DNA from: Eledone cirrhosa
Lineage: Eukaryota
Assembly (NCBI GenBank): GCA_964016885.1
Contig: OZ024752.1
Coordinates: 49,600,001 to 49,664,000, forward strand
Reading direction: 5' to 3'
DNA length: 64,000 nucleotides
A program made the position numbers and the translations under genes. The stretch's first letter is position 1; every line of letters begins with the position of its first letter. The notes beneath the pieces were generated by a model. The model was not told the origin of the DNA. It worked only from the letters and a program-made list of their open reading frames with translations, and did no database searches. Positions 39,968 through 53,642 of the stretch are shown piece after piece.

Positions 39968-40780
39968 TTCTTCTTCTTCTTCTTCTTCTTTGCCCACATA
40001 TTCCCGGGGGAGGGAAGGTCACTGGAACTAAGTCCTCAAACACTCCTTCCAGCAGGTCCTGTCAGAAGCAACTCTCTCCAATTGATCCAGCTGGATCCCC
40101 AAGCAAGACCAGCTGATCTCATGAATGTTATCCAACCATTTTACTCGGGGTCTACCCCTGGGTTTCTTGCCAGTTGATTTTGCCTGTAAAATCTGTCCAG
40201 CATTTCTTTCCTGAGACATTTTAACTAACCACATGCCCATAGTATCAGAGCTGTAATCTCTCAATTTGGAGAAGTAGTGGCTCTACCTGGAATGACTCCC
40301 TGATCTTCGAGATCCAAATCTGTCCAGTGATTCTTTCCTGAGACATTATAACCACATGTCCATAGTATCAGAGCTGTAATCTCTCAATTTGGAGCAGTAG
40401 TGGCTCTACCTGGAGTGACTCTCTACAAATCTGTCCAGTGATTCTTTCCTGAGACATTATAACCACATGTCCATAGTATCAGAGCTGTAATCTCTCAATT
40501 TGGAGCAGTAGTGGCTCTACCTGGAGTGACTCTCTACAAATCTGTCCAGTGATTCTTTCCTGAGACATTCTTACCACATGCCCATAATATTGGAGCCGTG
40601 ATCTCTCAATTCAGAGAAGCAGCAGCTCTACCTGAAGTAACTCTCCGGTCTCCTAGCTACAAATCTGTCCAGTGATTCTATGCTGAAACTTTCTAACTAA
40701 CCACAAACCCATAATATCAGAGCTGTGATCTCTCAATTTCAAGAAGTAGCAGCTCTACCTGGAGCGATTTTCAGGTCTTA
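39968..40780 (-). mobile_element. RTE-type LINE 3' end with an RT segment of about 111 bp tandemly repeated about 5 times
   Basis: Minus translation GKKPRGRPRVKWLD...ASDRTCWK, (GAA)n tail; repeated aaatctgtccagtgattctttcctgagaca. Related fragments at 44800-44975 and 56445-56590. Confidence 0.75.
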
Positions 40781-41033
40781 TATTTCATCAGCCCTGAGAA
40801 TGATGAAACACAAATTTTGACCTTAGCAGGATTTGAACTCAGAATCTAGAAAGTTGTAACTAAATTCTGCAATACATTTTTGTCCCAGACTCTACCGAAG
40901 CTGTCAATCCACCCCAAATTAAATTGTTTAACTATATAAAACCTTAAATTCTGTGTGTAGGGTGGTGGGGATGGTGGGGTTTTAAGAAAATAAATTCTTA
41001 GAAAGTTAGTGAGATTTAATATTAGAATGGCAT

Positions 41034-41222
41034 GTGGATTGGCAGTATCGGTAGAGTGTCAGACGCCATGCTTTGCAGCAAAGAGTTATGGCTCTTTATG
41101 GTCTGAGTTCAAATCCCACCGAGGTTAACTTTGCCTTTCATCCTTATGGGGGGGTCGATAAAATAAAGTACCAGTTATACACTGGGGTATTTGCTGGCCT
41201 TGTGCCAAAAGTAGAAACAATT
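41034..41222 (+). mobile_element. SINE S2 full-length
   Basis: tggcagtatcgg A-box-like, gagttcaaatcc B box, gcctttcatcct...ggtcgataaaataaagtaccag domain. Confidence 0.85.
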
Positions 41223-41399
41223 AATCTTTGGATAATGGCTGCCAATCAAACATTTGGAGTGATTTTAGGGAGATTTGGCTGCAGTTTCTAGCAGTTTAGA
41301 TATGTGATGTAATGTGGTTACATTTAGTTATATGTTGAATATAAGATGGCTGGCTGGTGGTGGGTTGTGACCCTTTGAGGAATAGGTGGAGGGAGGAGG

Positions 41400-41415
41400 G
41401 GGGGAGCAGAAGAAG

Positions 41416-41446
<31 letters not shown>

Positions 41447-42152
41447 GGTGGTGGTGGTGGTTGTAGTGGTAGGGAGGTAGTAGTAGTAACAGTAGTGTTT
41501 GCAGTGGAAATTGTGTGCATGTGTTGGTATTAACTGTAATTATTAGAATCAGTGAGAGGGGAGGGAGGGAGGGAGAGCACATCATAGCTGGGTGGCAGTG
41601 AGGGTGGTAGTGGTGGTGGTGGTAGTGGTAGTGGTGGAGGTAGTAGTAGTGGTGGTAGTGTTGGTAGTGGTGGTGGTAGTGGTAGTGGTGGTAGTGGTGG
41701 TAGTGGTAGAAGTGGTGGAGGTAGTAGTAGTGGTGGTAGTGGTGGTGGTGGTTGTGGTGGTAGCAGTGGTGTTAGTGGCGGTAGTAGTGGTGGTGGTAGT
41801 GGTGGTAGTGGTGGTGGTGGTAGTAGTGGTAGTGGCGGTAGTAGTGGTGGTGGTAGTGGTAGTAGTAGTAGTAGTAGTGGTGGTAGTAGAGGTGGTAGTA
41901 GTGGTGGTGGTAGTGGTAGTAGTAGTGGTGGTCGTGGTAGTGGTGGTGGTAGTAGTGGTAGAGGTTGTAGTAGTGGTGGTAGTGGTGGTAGTAGTGGTGG
42001 TAGTGGTAGTGGTGGTAGTAGTGGTGGTGGTAGTGGTAGTGGTGGTGGTGGTAGTGGTATAGGTTGTAGTAGTGGTGGTGGCTGTAATGGAAGGACATTA
42101 GAGGTGAAGGTTAAGATATGACAGGATCAAGGTAAGATGGTGGAAAGAAGAA

Positions 42153-42187
<35 letters not shown>

Positions 42188-42188
42188 A

Positions 42189-42235
<47 letters not shown>

Positions 42236-43051
42236 AGAAGAAGAAGAAGAAGAAGAAGAAATACAAGGATAATAGTGGAAATAGCAGTGGTGGTGGGAGT
42301 GATGGTGTGGGGGGGCAATAGTGTATGGAGGGGGGGGGGGGAGCTGTTGCAGTAGTTTTTTTCAATACTCTTTCTTTCTCTCACTCCTCCTTTTTCTTCT
42401 TCTTCTTCTTCTTCTTCTTCTTCTTTGCCTTTCTTCTTTTCCTTCTTCTTCTTCTCCTCCTCCTTCTCCTATTTCTCCTTCTTCTCCTTCTCGTTCTTCT
42501 TCTCTTTCCCCCTCATCTTCTTTGCCTTCTTCTTCTTCTTCTTCTTCTTCTTCTTCTTCTTCTTCGCCTCCTCCTCCTCCTTCTTCTTCTTCATGCTACT
42601 CCCTCTTTTTATGTTACTCTTACTTCTCCCCTTACTTTCACTTTCTGCCATTTCTTTTCTTTTTAATTAGAAAATTGATTGAAATATAGCAAACTCAGCA
42701 GTATGGGGAAATACCTGTTAGTGTGTGGTGGTGGTGGTGTGTGTGTGTGTGTGTAGAAGTGTGTGTGTGTGTGTGTAGAGGTGTGTGTATGTGTAGAGGT
42801 GTGTGTGTGTGTAGAGGTGGGTGTGTGTGTGTGTAGAGGTGTGTGTGTGTGTGTGTAGAGGTGTGTGTGTGTAGAGGTGTGTGTGGTGGTGGTGGTGGTG
42901 TGTGTGTGTGTGTAGAAGTGTGTGTGTGTGTGTATAGGTGTGTGTGTGTGTAGTGGTGGTGTGTGTGTGTATGTAGAGGTGTGTGTGTGTAGAGGTGTGT
43001 GTGTGTGTGTAGAGGTGTGTGTGTGCCTATATATGCATGTGTGTGTATATG

Positions 43052-43082
<31 letters not shown>

Positions 43083-43119
43083 CTGTATATGCATATGTGT
43101 GTGTATATATATATATATG

Positions 43120-43155
<36 letters not shown>

Positions 43156-43840
43156 AGCATGTGTGTGTTTGTGCATATATATATATGTGTGTGTAAGTTT
43201 CTATGTGTCTCTGTGTGTGTGTTGATGTTTTATTTGCAGGTAAGGGAAGATAGAAGTTAGAAGGTGATAGATGGACAAGTGAAGAAGGGGGGGGGGGTAG
43301 AGGTAGTGATTGTGGTGGTGAAGATGGTGATGTGATGGTGATGGTGATGTGGTGATGGTGATGGTGGTGGTGGTGGTGGTGGTGGTGGTGGTGGTGGTGG
43401 TGGTGGTGGTGGTGGTAGTAGTGGTGGTGCTGGTGGTGGTGTTGGTGGTGGTGGTGTGGTGGTAGAGGTAGTGATTGTGATGGTGGTGATGGTGATGGTG
43501 GTGATGGTGATGGTGGTGGTGGTGGTGGTGGTTTTTAGTGATGGTGGTGGTAGTGGTAGTAGTGGTGGTGCTGGTGGTGGTGTTGGTGGTGGTGGTGTGG
43601 TGATAGAGGTAGTGATTGTGATGGTGGTGATGGTGATGGTGGTGATGGTGGTGGTGGTGGTGGTGGTGGTGGTGGTTTTTAGTGATGGTGGTGGTAGTGG
43701 TAGTAGTGGTGGTGCTGGTGGTGGTGTTGGTGGTGGTGGTGTGGTGGTAGAGGTAGTGATTGTGGTGGTGAAGATGGTGGTGGTTGTGACAAGATGGTGG
43801 TGGTGGTGGTGGTGGTGGTGGTGGTGGTGGCGGTGATGAT
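41400..43840. repeat. Compound (GAA),(GGT/GTA),(TTC),(GT) simple-repeat field
   Basis: Direct reading. Confidence 0.9.
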
Positions 43841-44137
43841 GGTCAGGCCCATCTGCAGGCTTTGAAGCTTGGGATGGCTAGGGTAGTGGGGTAGTTTGGA
43901 GTAGGTTGGGTAAGGCAAGGAAGGGGTGTCTTTAGAACATTCTGGGTGGACTCTCTAAATTCTCAATAATTCTAAGGCGGAGTTTCAGAATCTGCATATA
44001 ACCATAAATTTGTTTCTAAATCTGAGCAAGTACCATTGGAAAACAAGGTGTGTAGGGAGAGTGGGAATGTCACCCTGTTCCCTAAAAGCATCACCTGTCC
44101 AGATACATCATATTAAAAATTTAAGTTTTTCCTTTAA

Positions 44138-44592
44138 GTTTTACAGTGATCTGTCCCCCAGTAAAGATACTATAAATATTTGAAGTAACAAACCTGGTTT
44201 TAGATATTTTCTGGTAAATTATTACAGAAATATAATTTTATAAGGTTTTTTTACTTCAGAGTTTTACAGTGATCTGTCCCCCAGTAAAGATATATAAACA
44301 TATGAAGTAACATACCTGGTTTTAGATATTTTCTGGTAAATTATTACAGAAATGTAATTTTATAAGGTTTTTTACTTCAGAGTTTTACAGTGATCTGTCC
44401 CCCAGTACAGATACTAGAAACATTTGAAGTAACAAACCTGGTTTTAGATATTTTCTGGTAAATTATTACAGAAATGTAATTTTATAAGGTTTTTTACTTC
44501 AGAGTTTTACAGTGATCTGTCCCACAGTAAAGATACTATAAACATATGAAGTAACAAACCTGGTTTTAGATATTTTCTGGTAAATTATTACA
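44138..44592. repeat. Tandem repeat of about 122 bp, about 3.7 copies
   Basis: gttttacagtgatctgtccc recurs at about 44138, 44261, 44382 and 44504. Confidence 0.9.
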
Positions 44593-45023
44593 GGAATTAT
44601 TTGATTTACAAGGGTTTTGATATGAAATCATGTGTTGAAACAGATATTGTTATATTTTGGGAGGGTCATGTTATCCTAATATTACCAAAATCACCGTTTG
44701 GTTTGGTTAGGTTTTCGATTAGTATGTTTTTATTTTTCTATAGATAATTTAGCTGGCAATCATAGTTTATCATTGATTGACCAACAGTTAAACATATGAA
44801 TCTTCTTCTACTTCTTCTTCTCCTTATTCTTCACCCACTTATTCTTGAGAGGATCATGGGGGCAGAGTCCTCAAACACTCCCTCCAGTGGGTCCTGTCAG
44901 AAGCAACCATCTCCAACTGATCCAGCTGGATCTCCATGTGAGACCAGCCAAGCTCATGGATGTTATCCAACCATCTTTATTACACCATTCAGTAATCAGA
45001 AAATATAAATATAAATATAATTT

Positions 45024-45067
45024 ATCAAAGGTCTTTCATCACACATTTCTGTGACATCTTCAGTGAT
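45024..45067 (-). ncRNA. Minimal hammerhead motif related to HH-D
   Basis: auca-CUGAAGA-u-GUCACA gaaaug UGUGAU-GAAAgacCUU-ugau; similar to 20186-20230. Confidence 0.6.
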
Positions 45068-45387
45068 TATCACTGTGTTTCCTCCTGTTATTTTACAGGA
45101 ATATCAGAGTTAAAGAATCACAGTTTTATACAAATTTGTATAATTGAATTAAATATATAATAGTTTCTTGCAATCAATCAATAAATTACAAAATATCTTT
45201 GGCACATAGCAGCAGTGTGGAAACATGTGAAGTGGTGGAGAGGGTCGTATGGTGTTATGACCTGTCATAAGATTTGTCATGGGTGTGTGTGGGCTGTGTA
45301 ATGGAAAGTGCTGGCTTAGTAGTTTTCTTAGTGTGGTTAGGACAAGAAGTATTAAAAGCTAGGTACATTATCTTATCAAAATATAAC

Positions 45388-45585
45388 TTCTCTCTATCTC
45401 TCTCTGTCACTCTCTCTCTCCCTCTCTCTGTCACTCTTTCTCTCTCAGTTTCTCTCTCCTCTCTCTCCTCTCTCTCTCTCTCTGTCACTCTTTCTCTCTC
45501 AGTTTCTCTCTCCTCTCTCTCCTCTCTCTGTCACTCTTTCTCTCTCAGTTTTTCTCTCCTCTCTCTCTGTCACTCTCTCTCAGTT

Positions 45586-45648
<63 letters not shown>

Positions 45649-46070
45649 ACTCTTTCTCTCCTTCTGTCACTCTCTCTCTCTGTATCTCTCTCCTTCTCCT
45701 CTCAGTCTCTCTCTTCTTCTCTCTTCCCCTCTCTCACTCCCTATTTCTCACCTTTTGCCTCCCGCCTTACTCCAGGTAACTCACTAAAATAAACTATCCC
45801 CCCTCTATTTTTCTCATTCCCTCTCTCTCTTACATTGACTCTCTCTCTTACATTCTCTCTCTCTCTCCGTCACACACTCTCTCTCTCACTTCTTTCATTC
45901 TGTCAGACTCTCTCTCTCCCCCCCTTCCCTATAATTTCCTGTCTCTTCACCAAATCTTTCTCTCTGTCACACTGTCTCCTTTTCTCCCTCTCTCTTACAC
46001 TCTGTCTTTCTCCCTCTCTCCATCCTCTTCTCTCTCCCCCCCCTCTCTCACAACTTTATTTTTGATCTTA

Positions 46071-46113
<43 letters not shown>

Positions 46114-48500
46114 GCCTACTATTACTTCCACCCTCTTTATTTCATATCTATCTTTCTCTACTGACACCCCCTCTCTCTCTCTCTATCTCTCTCTGCCAGT
46201 TTCTCTCTGTCTACCGCTTACTCTCTCTCTCTCTCTCTCTGCCTACCACTACTCTCTCCTTCCCATCTTATATCTCTCTATCTTTCTTTTTCACTTTCTT
46301 TACTGACCTCCACCCTTCACTCTCCTTCTCTCTCACTCTCACCCTCACCTCTCTCCCTCACCTCTCCCACTCTCACCTTCACTCTCATCTCTCCCCCTCC
46401 CCCTCCCCCTCCTCTCCACCTCTACCTCACTCACTGTCAACCTCACCCTGTCTTCACCCTTGTTTTCACCTTCACCCTTCATCCTCACCCTCACTCTCAT
46501 CTCTCTCCTCTCTCCCTCTCTCTCACTCTCACCCTCACTCTCACCTCTCCCCCACCCCATCCTCTCCACCCATACCTCCCCCTCCCCTCTCACCCTGTCT
46601 TCCTGTTTTCTCTTTTAATCCTTCTTCTGTCCAGGGAAATATTTAAAATGAAATATTATTTTTTTCTTATTTTATTCTTCCTTTATTACTATTTAATTTT
46701 TGAAAAAAATTAAATAAAATTTTCGAAAGAAAAAATAATTTTTTTTTCTTTTTCAAAAAATAAATTAAAATTTAGTTGAAATACGTCACCCAATATTTTT
46801 TTTATTTTTATTTTTATTTTTATTTTTATTTTTATTTTTATTTTACATTAAAATTTTAAAAGAGAATATTAAAAATATACAAATTAAAAAACATAATATT
46901 TGAGATGAACTGAGCAGAGAGGGGGAAGTAGAGGAGAGGGAAAGAGGGGGAGGGACAGGGAGGGAGAGAGGGAGTGAGGAGGAGGGAGTGAGAGGGAGTG
47001 AGAGGGAGTGAGAGAAGACACACAGAGGTGGATAGAGGGAGGGAAAGAGAGATGGAGTGAGAGAGAGAGCGGTGAGAGGAGAGGAGATAGAAAGAGAGAG
47101 AAAGAAACAGAGGGGATGAGAGAGGGACTGAGGGGAAGAGGGATGGAGAGAGGGAGAGAGATGACAGAAAGAGGAGGGGAGATAGAAAGAGAGAGCAGGC
47201 AAGAGAGGGGGAGAGAGAGGGCAAGAGTGCTGGCAAGAGAGGGGGAGAGAGATAAGCAGAGTGAGGGAGAGAGAAATTTAGATAAAAAGAGGCGGTAGAG
47301 AGAGTTAAAAGAGAGATAGAGAGAGAGAGAGTGAGAGAGAGAGAGAGAAAAGCAAGATTTAGAAGAAGAGGAGAAGAAGGAGGTGAAGGAGGAGGAGGAG
47401 ATGAATGAGTTAAAGTAGGAGGAGGGTGAAAATAGGTGAAACAGAAATAAGAAAAGGTGAGGAGAGGTAGGGAGAGGTGCTGGTGGTGGTGGTGGTGATT
47501 GTAGTAGTGGTGGTGGTGGTGGTAGTGGTGGTAGGGGTTATGGTGGTGGTGGTGGTGGTGGTGATGGTAGTGGCGGTGGTGGTGATGGCGGTGGTGTTTA
47601 CATTAGTGTGGTGGTAGTGACAGCAATGTTGATGACTAAGGAGATGGTAGCGGTGGTGGTGGTGATTGTGGTTTTAGTAGTGGTGTTATTGGCAACGGTG
47701 CTGATGATGGTCATGGTGGTGGTGGTGGTAGTGGTGGTAGTGATGGTGGTGGTGGTGGTGGGGATGATGATGGTAATGGCAGTGGTGATGTTGGTGGTGT
47801 TAGTTGGTGGTGGTGGCGGTGGCAGTGGTGTTGGTGATGGCAGTGGTGGTGGTGGTGGTGGTGGTGGTGGCAGTGGTGGTGTTGACAGTGGTGGTGGTGG
47901 TGGTTGCAGTGTTGATGGTGGTGGTGGTGGTGGTGGTGGTGGCAGTGGTGTTGGTGGTTGCAGTGGTGATGGTGGTGGTGGTGGTGGTGGCAGTGGTGTT
48001 GGTGGTTGCAGTGGTGATGGTGGTGGTGGTGGCGGTGGCAGTGATAATGGTGGTGGTGATGGTGGTGGCGGTAGTGATGGTGGTGGTGATGGTATGTTTT
48101 GGCAAACAAGAGGTGGAAAAACGGAAGAAAATTGAAGATGAAAGATGATGATGAAGAAATAGTAGAAAGGAAAGAAAACAGAGAGAGAGAGAGAGAGAGA
48201 GGGGGGGCGAGAGAGGGAGCGAGAGTGGGAGCAGGAGAGAGAGAGTTCAAATGAGAGTGAGGGAGAGAGAAGGAGAGTGGGGGAGAGAGAGGACAATTGA
48301 AAAACATTCCAGCCTGTAGATAATTTTCTTCCAACTTATGTAATATACTATTTCATCTTTGTAACTGAATAGTGGTGGCCACAACAGGAACCCCAAAACC
48401 TAAGGTTGTCCACATGGACGTTAAACGACGATGATATATCATCATCATTATCATCATCATCATCGTCACCATTATCATCATCATCGTCACCACCACCATC

Positions 48501-48532
<32 letters not shown>

Positions 48533-48607
48533 CATCATCGTCACCATCATCATCATCATCATCATCGTCACCACCACCATCATCATCATCATCACCATCA
48601 TCATCAC

Positions 48608-48649
<42 letters not shown>

Positions 48650-48650
48650 T
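45388..48650. repeat. (CT)n/(GA)n/(GGT)n/(CAT)n low-complexity field
   Basis: Direct reading. Confidence 0.85.
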
Positions 48651-48819
48651 TTACATCCGCTTTTCCCTGCTTGCAAGGGTGGGATGGATCCTATTTAGCA
48701 CAGCATCTCTCCTCCATTCGTTACGGTCCTTCGTCATCTCCTCCGTGAGCTTCAGCGATCTGAGGTCAGCTGTCACCACCTCCACCCATGATTTTTGTAG
48801 TCTTATGGAACACCCAAAT

Positions 48820-49286
48820 GATTTAGAAGTCGACCCTAAGTAGGAGCAATAACATTAAGAAAGACATGAACGACCCCAGAACACTTTGTTTTGAAAATTT
48901 TGAAAGTAGGTTTATAAGTACGAATTTTCATAAGATTTTTGTAGTTGTCTCTGTGGCCTAGTGGTAGATACTAGAGACGGTGGAGATCCTGGTGTTGGGT
49001 TCAATCCTGGTCAAGAGGTACATGTAACCTTTTTCAATTTTCATTTTACAACCAATAGAAAAAAACTGAAAAGGTTTACTGGGAACCCTACCCCCAACCA
49101 GGATCGAACTTCAGACCAGGGTCACCACTGTTTCCGATTCTTCCAACTATCCAACTAGGCCACTGAGACAACTACAAACGTATAATGAAAATTGATAATT
49201 ATAAATCTACTTTCAAAATCCAAGTGGTGTCGTTCATGCCTTTCCTAGAACTATTAGTAATATTTAGGGTCGACTTCTGGTCATTA
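48820..49286. mobile_element. Fold-back element with diverged long inverted arms, each containing a tRNA-like Pol III promoter
   Basis: agaagtcgaccctaa...tttgtagttgtctctgtggcctagt is mirrored by actaggccactgagacaactacaaa...ttagggtcgacttct. A box tggcctagtgg and B box gttcRatcc on each strand. Confidence 0.7.
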
Positions 49287-49528
49287 TTGAAAGTCCCTCA
49301 ATTTCGCAAAATACATCCTATGTTTTATTGGAGAAGGTAAGATATTTTTCATAAAAAATTTGAACGCACTGTTTTGTTTCCACTTATGTATTTTTCGAAA
49401 ATGTTATTTATTCATTATAAAAATTAAATGATAGCATTCAATATGTTGGTGGGACTCCTTCATCTAGCAACCATATTTTTAGACCCAGTCCACTACTGGA
49501 TATTCATATATATATATATATATAATAT

Positions 49529-49972
49529 ACAATGATATTAACAAATGGAAACTATATTTTCAAACCATATTTATTCTATTATATATATTTCAAAGGTACC
49601 AAAATTTTGGTACGCTATCATCAGATAAAATACGAAGTGTGTTTTATAAATGTTGACATAACCAAGGATAATATACCTTAATGGTTCAAGTTATCTTTGG
49701 ATATCCAAAGAAAACTTGAACCGTTAAGGTATATTATCCTTGGTTATGTCAAAATTTATAAAACACACTTCGTATTTTATCTGATGAGAGCGTACCAAAA
49801 TTTTGGTACCTTTGAAATATATATAATAGAATAAATATGGTTTTATAAATATAGTTTCCATTTGTTAATATCATTGAATATTATACTCCAGAAAATCTGT
49901 GGAGTGCTCTGAATCAGTTATAAACATTTATATTTGTTGAATTACCAACAAATTGAATATCCTTTCAGCTTA
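49529..49972 (+). mobile_element. HH-B element with palindrome of about 350 bp (49529-49876)
   Basis: Centre ctttggatatccaaag; hammerhead motifs at 49572-49632 (-) and 49773-49833 (+), both with CUGAUGA and GAAA. Confidence 0.8.
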
Positions 49973-50006
49973 TATATATATATATATATACATACATATA
50001 TATATG

Positions 50007-50060
<54 letters not shown>

Positions 50061-50982
50061 CATCAACTATTACTACCACAACCAGAACCACCACCAAAAC
50101 CATCACTACTACCACTACTAACACTACCATCACTACCAAAATATTCTTTAGTACTATATCCACAACTGTGAACAACATCTCACTGTTGCTCCTACACAAC
50201 AATCACCACTACTTTCTACACCCCACCACCACCTCCACCAACACAACCACCAACACCACCAACACCACCAACACCACTACAACAATGGTTGCCTCTCTAC
50301 CATCAACCATATCACCAGCACAATCATCACCATCACCACTATGACCTGCACCGCCTCCTCCACTTCCATCACTAATTGCTACCTAACCTCTTCCCACCTC
50401 CACCACCACCACCACCACCCCCACCACCACCGCCACCACTAGTTACTACCTCCACCCCCACCCACCACCACCACCACTAGTTACACACCTCCACCCCCAC
50501 CACCATCACCAGTTACTCCCACGACCGCCACTAGTTACACATCACCACCAGTTACTACCACCACCACCACCACCACCAGTTACTACCACCACCACCACCA
50601 CCACCACCACCACCACCAGTTACTACCACCACCACCACTACCACCACCACCACCAACACCACCACCACCACCACCACTACCAACACCACCACCACCACCA
50701 CCACTACAACCACCACCACTACCACCACCACCACCACCACCACCACCACCACCACCACCACCACCACCACCAACACCACCACCACCACCACTACACCAAC
50801 ACCACCACCACCACCACCACTACCAACACCACCACCACCACCACCACTACAACCACCACCACTGTAACATCTCCTCCTCAAGCAGCAATGAGGCGTAACA
50901 ATTATATTATCAAAAAAACCATCCAAGTGAAAAGTCATTAGAATCCTATTTTCACTTATTTATACTATATAGAGGAGTAATA

Positions 50983-51059
<77 letters not shown>

Positions 51060-51138
51060 TACACATATATATGTAAATATATATATATATAAAAATATAT
51101 ATATACACATATTTATTTAAATATATATATATATGTAC

Positions 51139-51212
<74 letters not shown>

Positions 51213-51670
51213 GTACATATATATATATTTTATATATATATATATATACATATATATTTAAATATATATCTATATATATATATATACACACACACTCATT
51301 ATATATATATATATATTTTAAAAAATGAAGTTAACAAGCAAGATAACAAATCAACAAATTAAATTATATATATATTTTTTTAAATTAAAAATGATTTTAA
51401 ATAGATAAATAAAAATAAACAAAATAAAAAAAAATTAAAGAAAAATAAAGAAAAATAAAGAAAAATAAAGAAACAAACAAACAAAGAGGTAAAATGCAAT
51501 TCAAAGAGAATCGAAGAGAATTGCTATAAAAGACAAAACAAATGTATTTATTCTTTAAAATATTTATCTATATTCTGTCAATATTGATTTTTTTTTCTTC
51601 TACAGCAAAATTGAAGAATTGGTCCAACTTTCATTCTCCTTGGCTTCTTGCCCCTTCTCTTATTTTCTGG

Positions 51671-51767
<97 letters not shown>

Positions 51768-51768
51768 G

Positions 51769-51799
<31 letters not shown>

Positions 51800-51800
<1 letters not shown>

Positions 51801-53348
51801 GGAGGAAGTTATAGTTCACTTGAAGCATTGTGTAATGAGGTATAAACGTTTGTATATGTATAATAAAGCCAAAACAATGCAGGTATGGACATAGAATAAA
51901 GAATGCAAATGCAAAAGATTGTCTTTTACCTTAGATTTATTTAAATGTCCTTAATTTTCGAGATAATATCTCTTCTTCGGATGGAAGTAAAGCGGTTAAA
52001 CCAGTGTTCTGAATAGCTTGATCCCTTTAAAAGGTTTTTTTTTTTTGTACATGCCTGTTTAAGTGTGTGGGAGAATGCATGAAGGTGTAAGTATGTGAGT
52101 GTGTGTGTGTGTGAGTGTGAGAAGATATTTCTATACGTAAATGTGGGGGATAGATGTTATCTCGTGTTAGAATTGGTCTTTGTGTGTGTATGTGTTTGTG
52201 TGAGAGAGAATAAGTGGAGGTGTAAGTGTGTGTGTGTGCGTGTGCGTGCGTGTGTGTGTGTGCGTGTGTGTGGGGGGGTGTAAATATGGGGCTAGATGCT
52301 CTATCAAGTTATAAATTGGGTGTTGAGTTCTAGTCTATTATTGATTGGTGGTTGTGTTTTGTCTATAATTAGTGCTTCCTTAATTCTAAGATTGCCGAGG
52401 TTTCTTTCCTTAGTTTCTATCCTAACTGTTATGGTTTTGTCGGTGTTTTTGCATTTAACTAGGTGTTTCTTAAATGAGGAAGCATTAGTATTGAGGTGTT
52501 CTTTTATTCTTATGTGGAGTGGTCTGGTGGTGCTACCTACGTAGAAGTTACTTCATTTGTCACACTCTAGTCTGTATACGACGTAAGCCTGGTGGCATAG
52601 GTCTGTGTCGTTGATGGGGCAGTTGGCTAGCCTGCAGCAGTCGTCATGTCTGGTGGAGTGTCTTTTGGTTAGCTGTCTGCATAGAGAAGGACCTGAGTGG
52701 GCCAGTTGGATATCTAGTCCCTCTCATCTGATAGCTCTGCGGATGGCTGTTGTTGTTTCGTCACTGAAGTGTGGGAGCTTCAGGAAGCAAGTGTTAGTGC
52801 CTCGGGTGTGGTGTCCTCTGTTCTTTCTGACACGGTTTGTGGTGGATGTCGTGTATCCGTTCAGTTTGAGTACTTCCAGGAAATGTGTGGTGTGTGTGTC
52901 TCAGTCTCTAGCGTCGGTGCATTTGTTCCGGATACGTGTTAGTTCGTTCCTTATGTATCCGAACTTAGCGCCGGCTGGGAGGGTCGATCTGAAATGTACG
53001 AACAGGTCCCTGCTGGCAGCTTTTTTATAGAAGCAGGTGTGGATGTTGCCTTCCTCTGTTATCCTGAGTTGGAAGTCCAGTAGGGATAGGGATCCGCGGT
53101 CATCGGGGTGTTCCATGCTGAACTTTATACTGGCGTCCATGCTGGAGAATGTTGAGTATATTTTATCTGCCTCCTCACGGGATGATGTAAGGATGAGTAT
53201 GTCATCTACATATCGGGTGAAGAAGGCATGGGAATGGCAGGTGTTGAGGGCTTGGCATTCTAGCTGGTTCATATAGGTGATGGCCAGCAGGCCCAATAGG
53301 CTGGATCCCATGGGTAATCCTGTTGTCTGTCTGTATGTGTGGTGGTGG
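51800..53348 (-). mobile_element. 5'-truncated, decayed Penelope-like element (second family)
   Basis: RT plus GIY-YIG remnants and a 3' non-coding region ending at (TA)n. Confidence 0.85.
52292..53345 (-). pseudogene. Penelope RT plus GIY-YIG with in-frame stops
   Basis: YRQTTGLPMGS, RYVDD, LSLLD; stop at 52901; VVYRLECDK*SNFYVGSTTRPLHIRIKEH. Confidence 0.88.
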
Positions 53349-53349
53349 A

Positions 53350-53642
53350 ATAAATCAAAGAATGAGTTTTACAATAGATTGGAAGCACTCAACAGTTGTG
53401 GTTTTCTGGAGTTATTGATATTAATTCAAAATATTAATAAAAATAGACATTCGTGTGATGAAGTATATTTTATTATACATATTTCAGAGCTAACTTCAAC
53501 AGTACGTCCTCATCAGATAAAATAAGATGATGCATGACATGAGGATGTAGTGTTGAAGATAGCTCAGTACCTCTGAAATATGTATAATAAAATATACTTC
53601 ATCACACAAATATCTATTTTTGTTAATATTTTGAATTAATAT
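53350..53642 (-). mobile_element. HH-E element with partial fold-back; hammerhead motif 53466-53524 (-)
   Basis: Homologous to 30900-31274; uauuuuau-CUGAUGA-...-GAAAuauguAUA-auaaaaua. Confidence 0.7.

Noticed and set aside
51945-51990. Hammerhead-like motif in the 3' region of the second Penelope (ccgaaga-a-gagat att atctc-gaaa)
   Set aside because: Position is suggestive, but the core reads CCGAAGA and stem I does not pair; at best a decayed relic.
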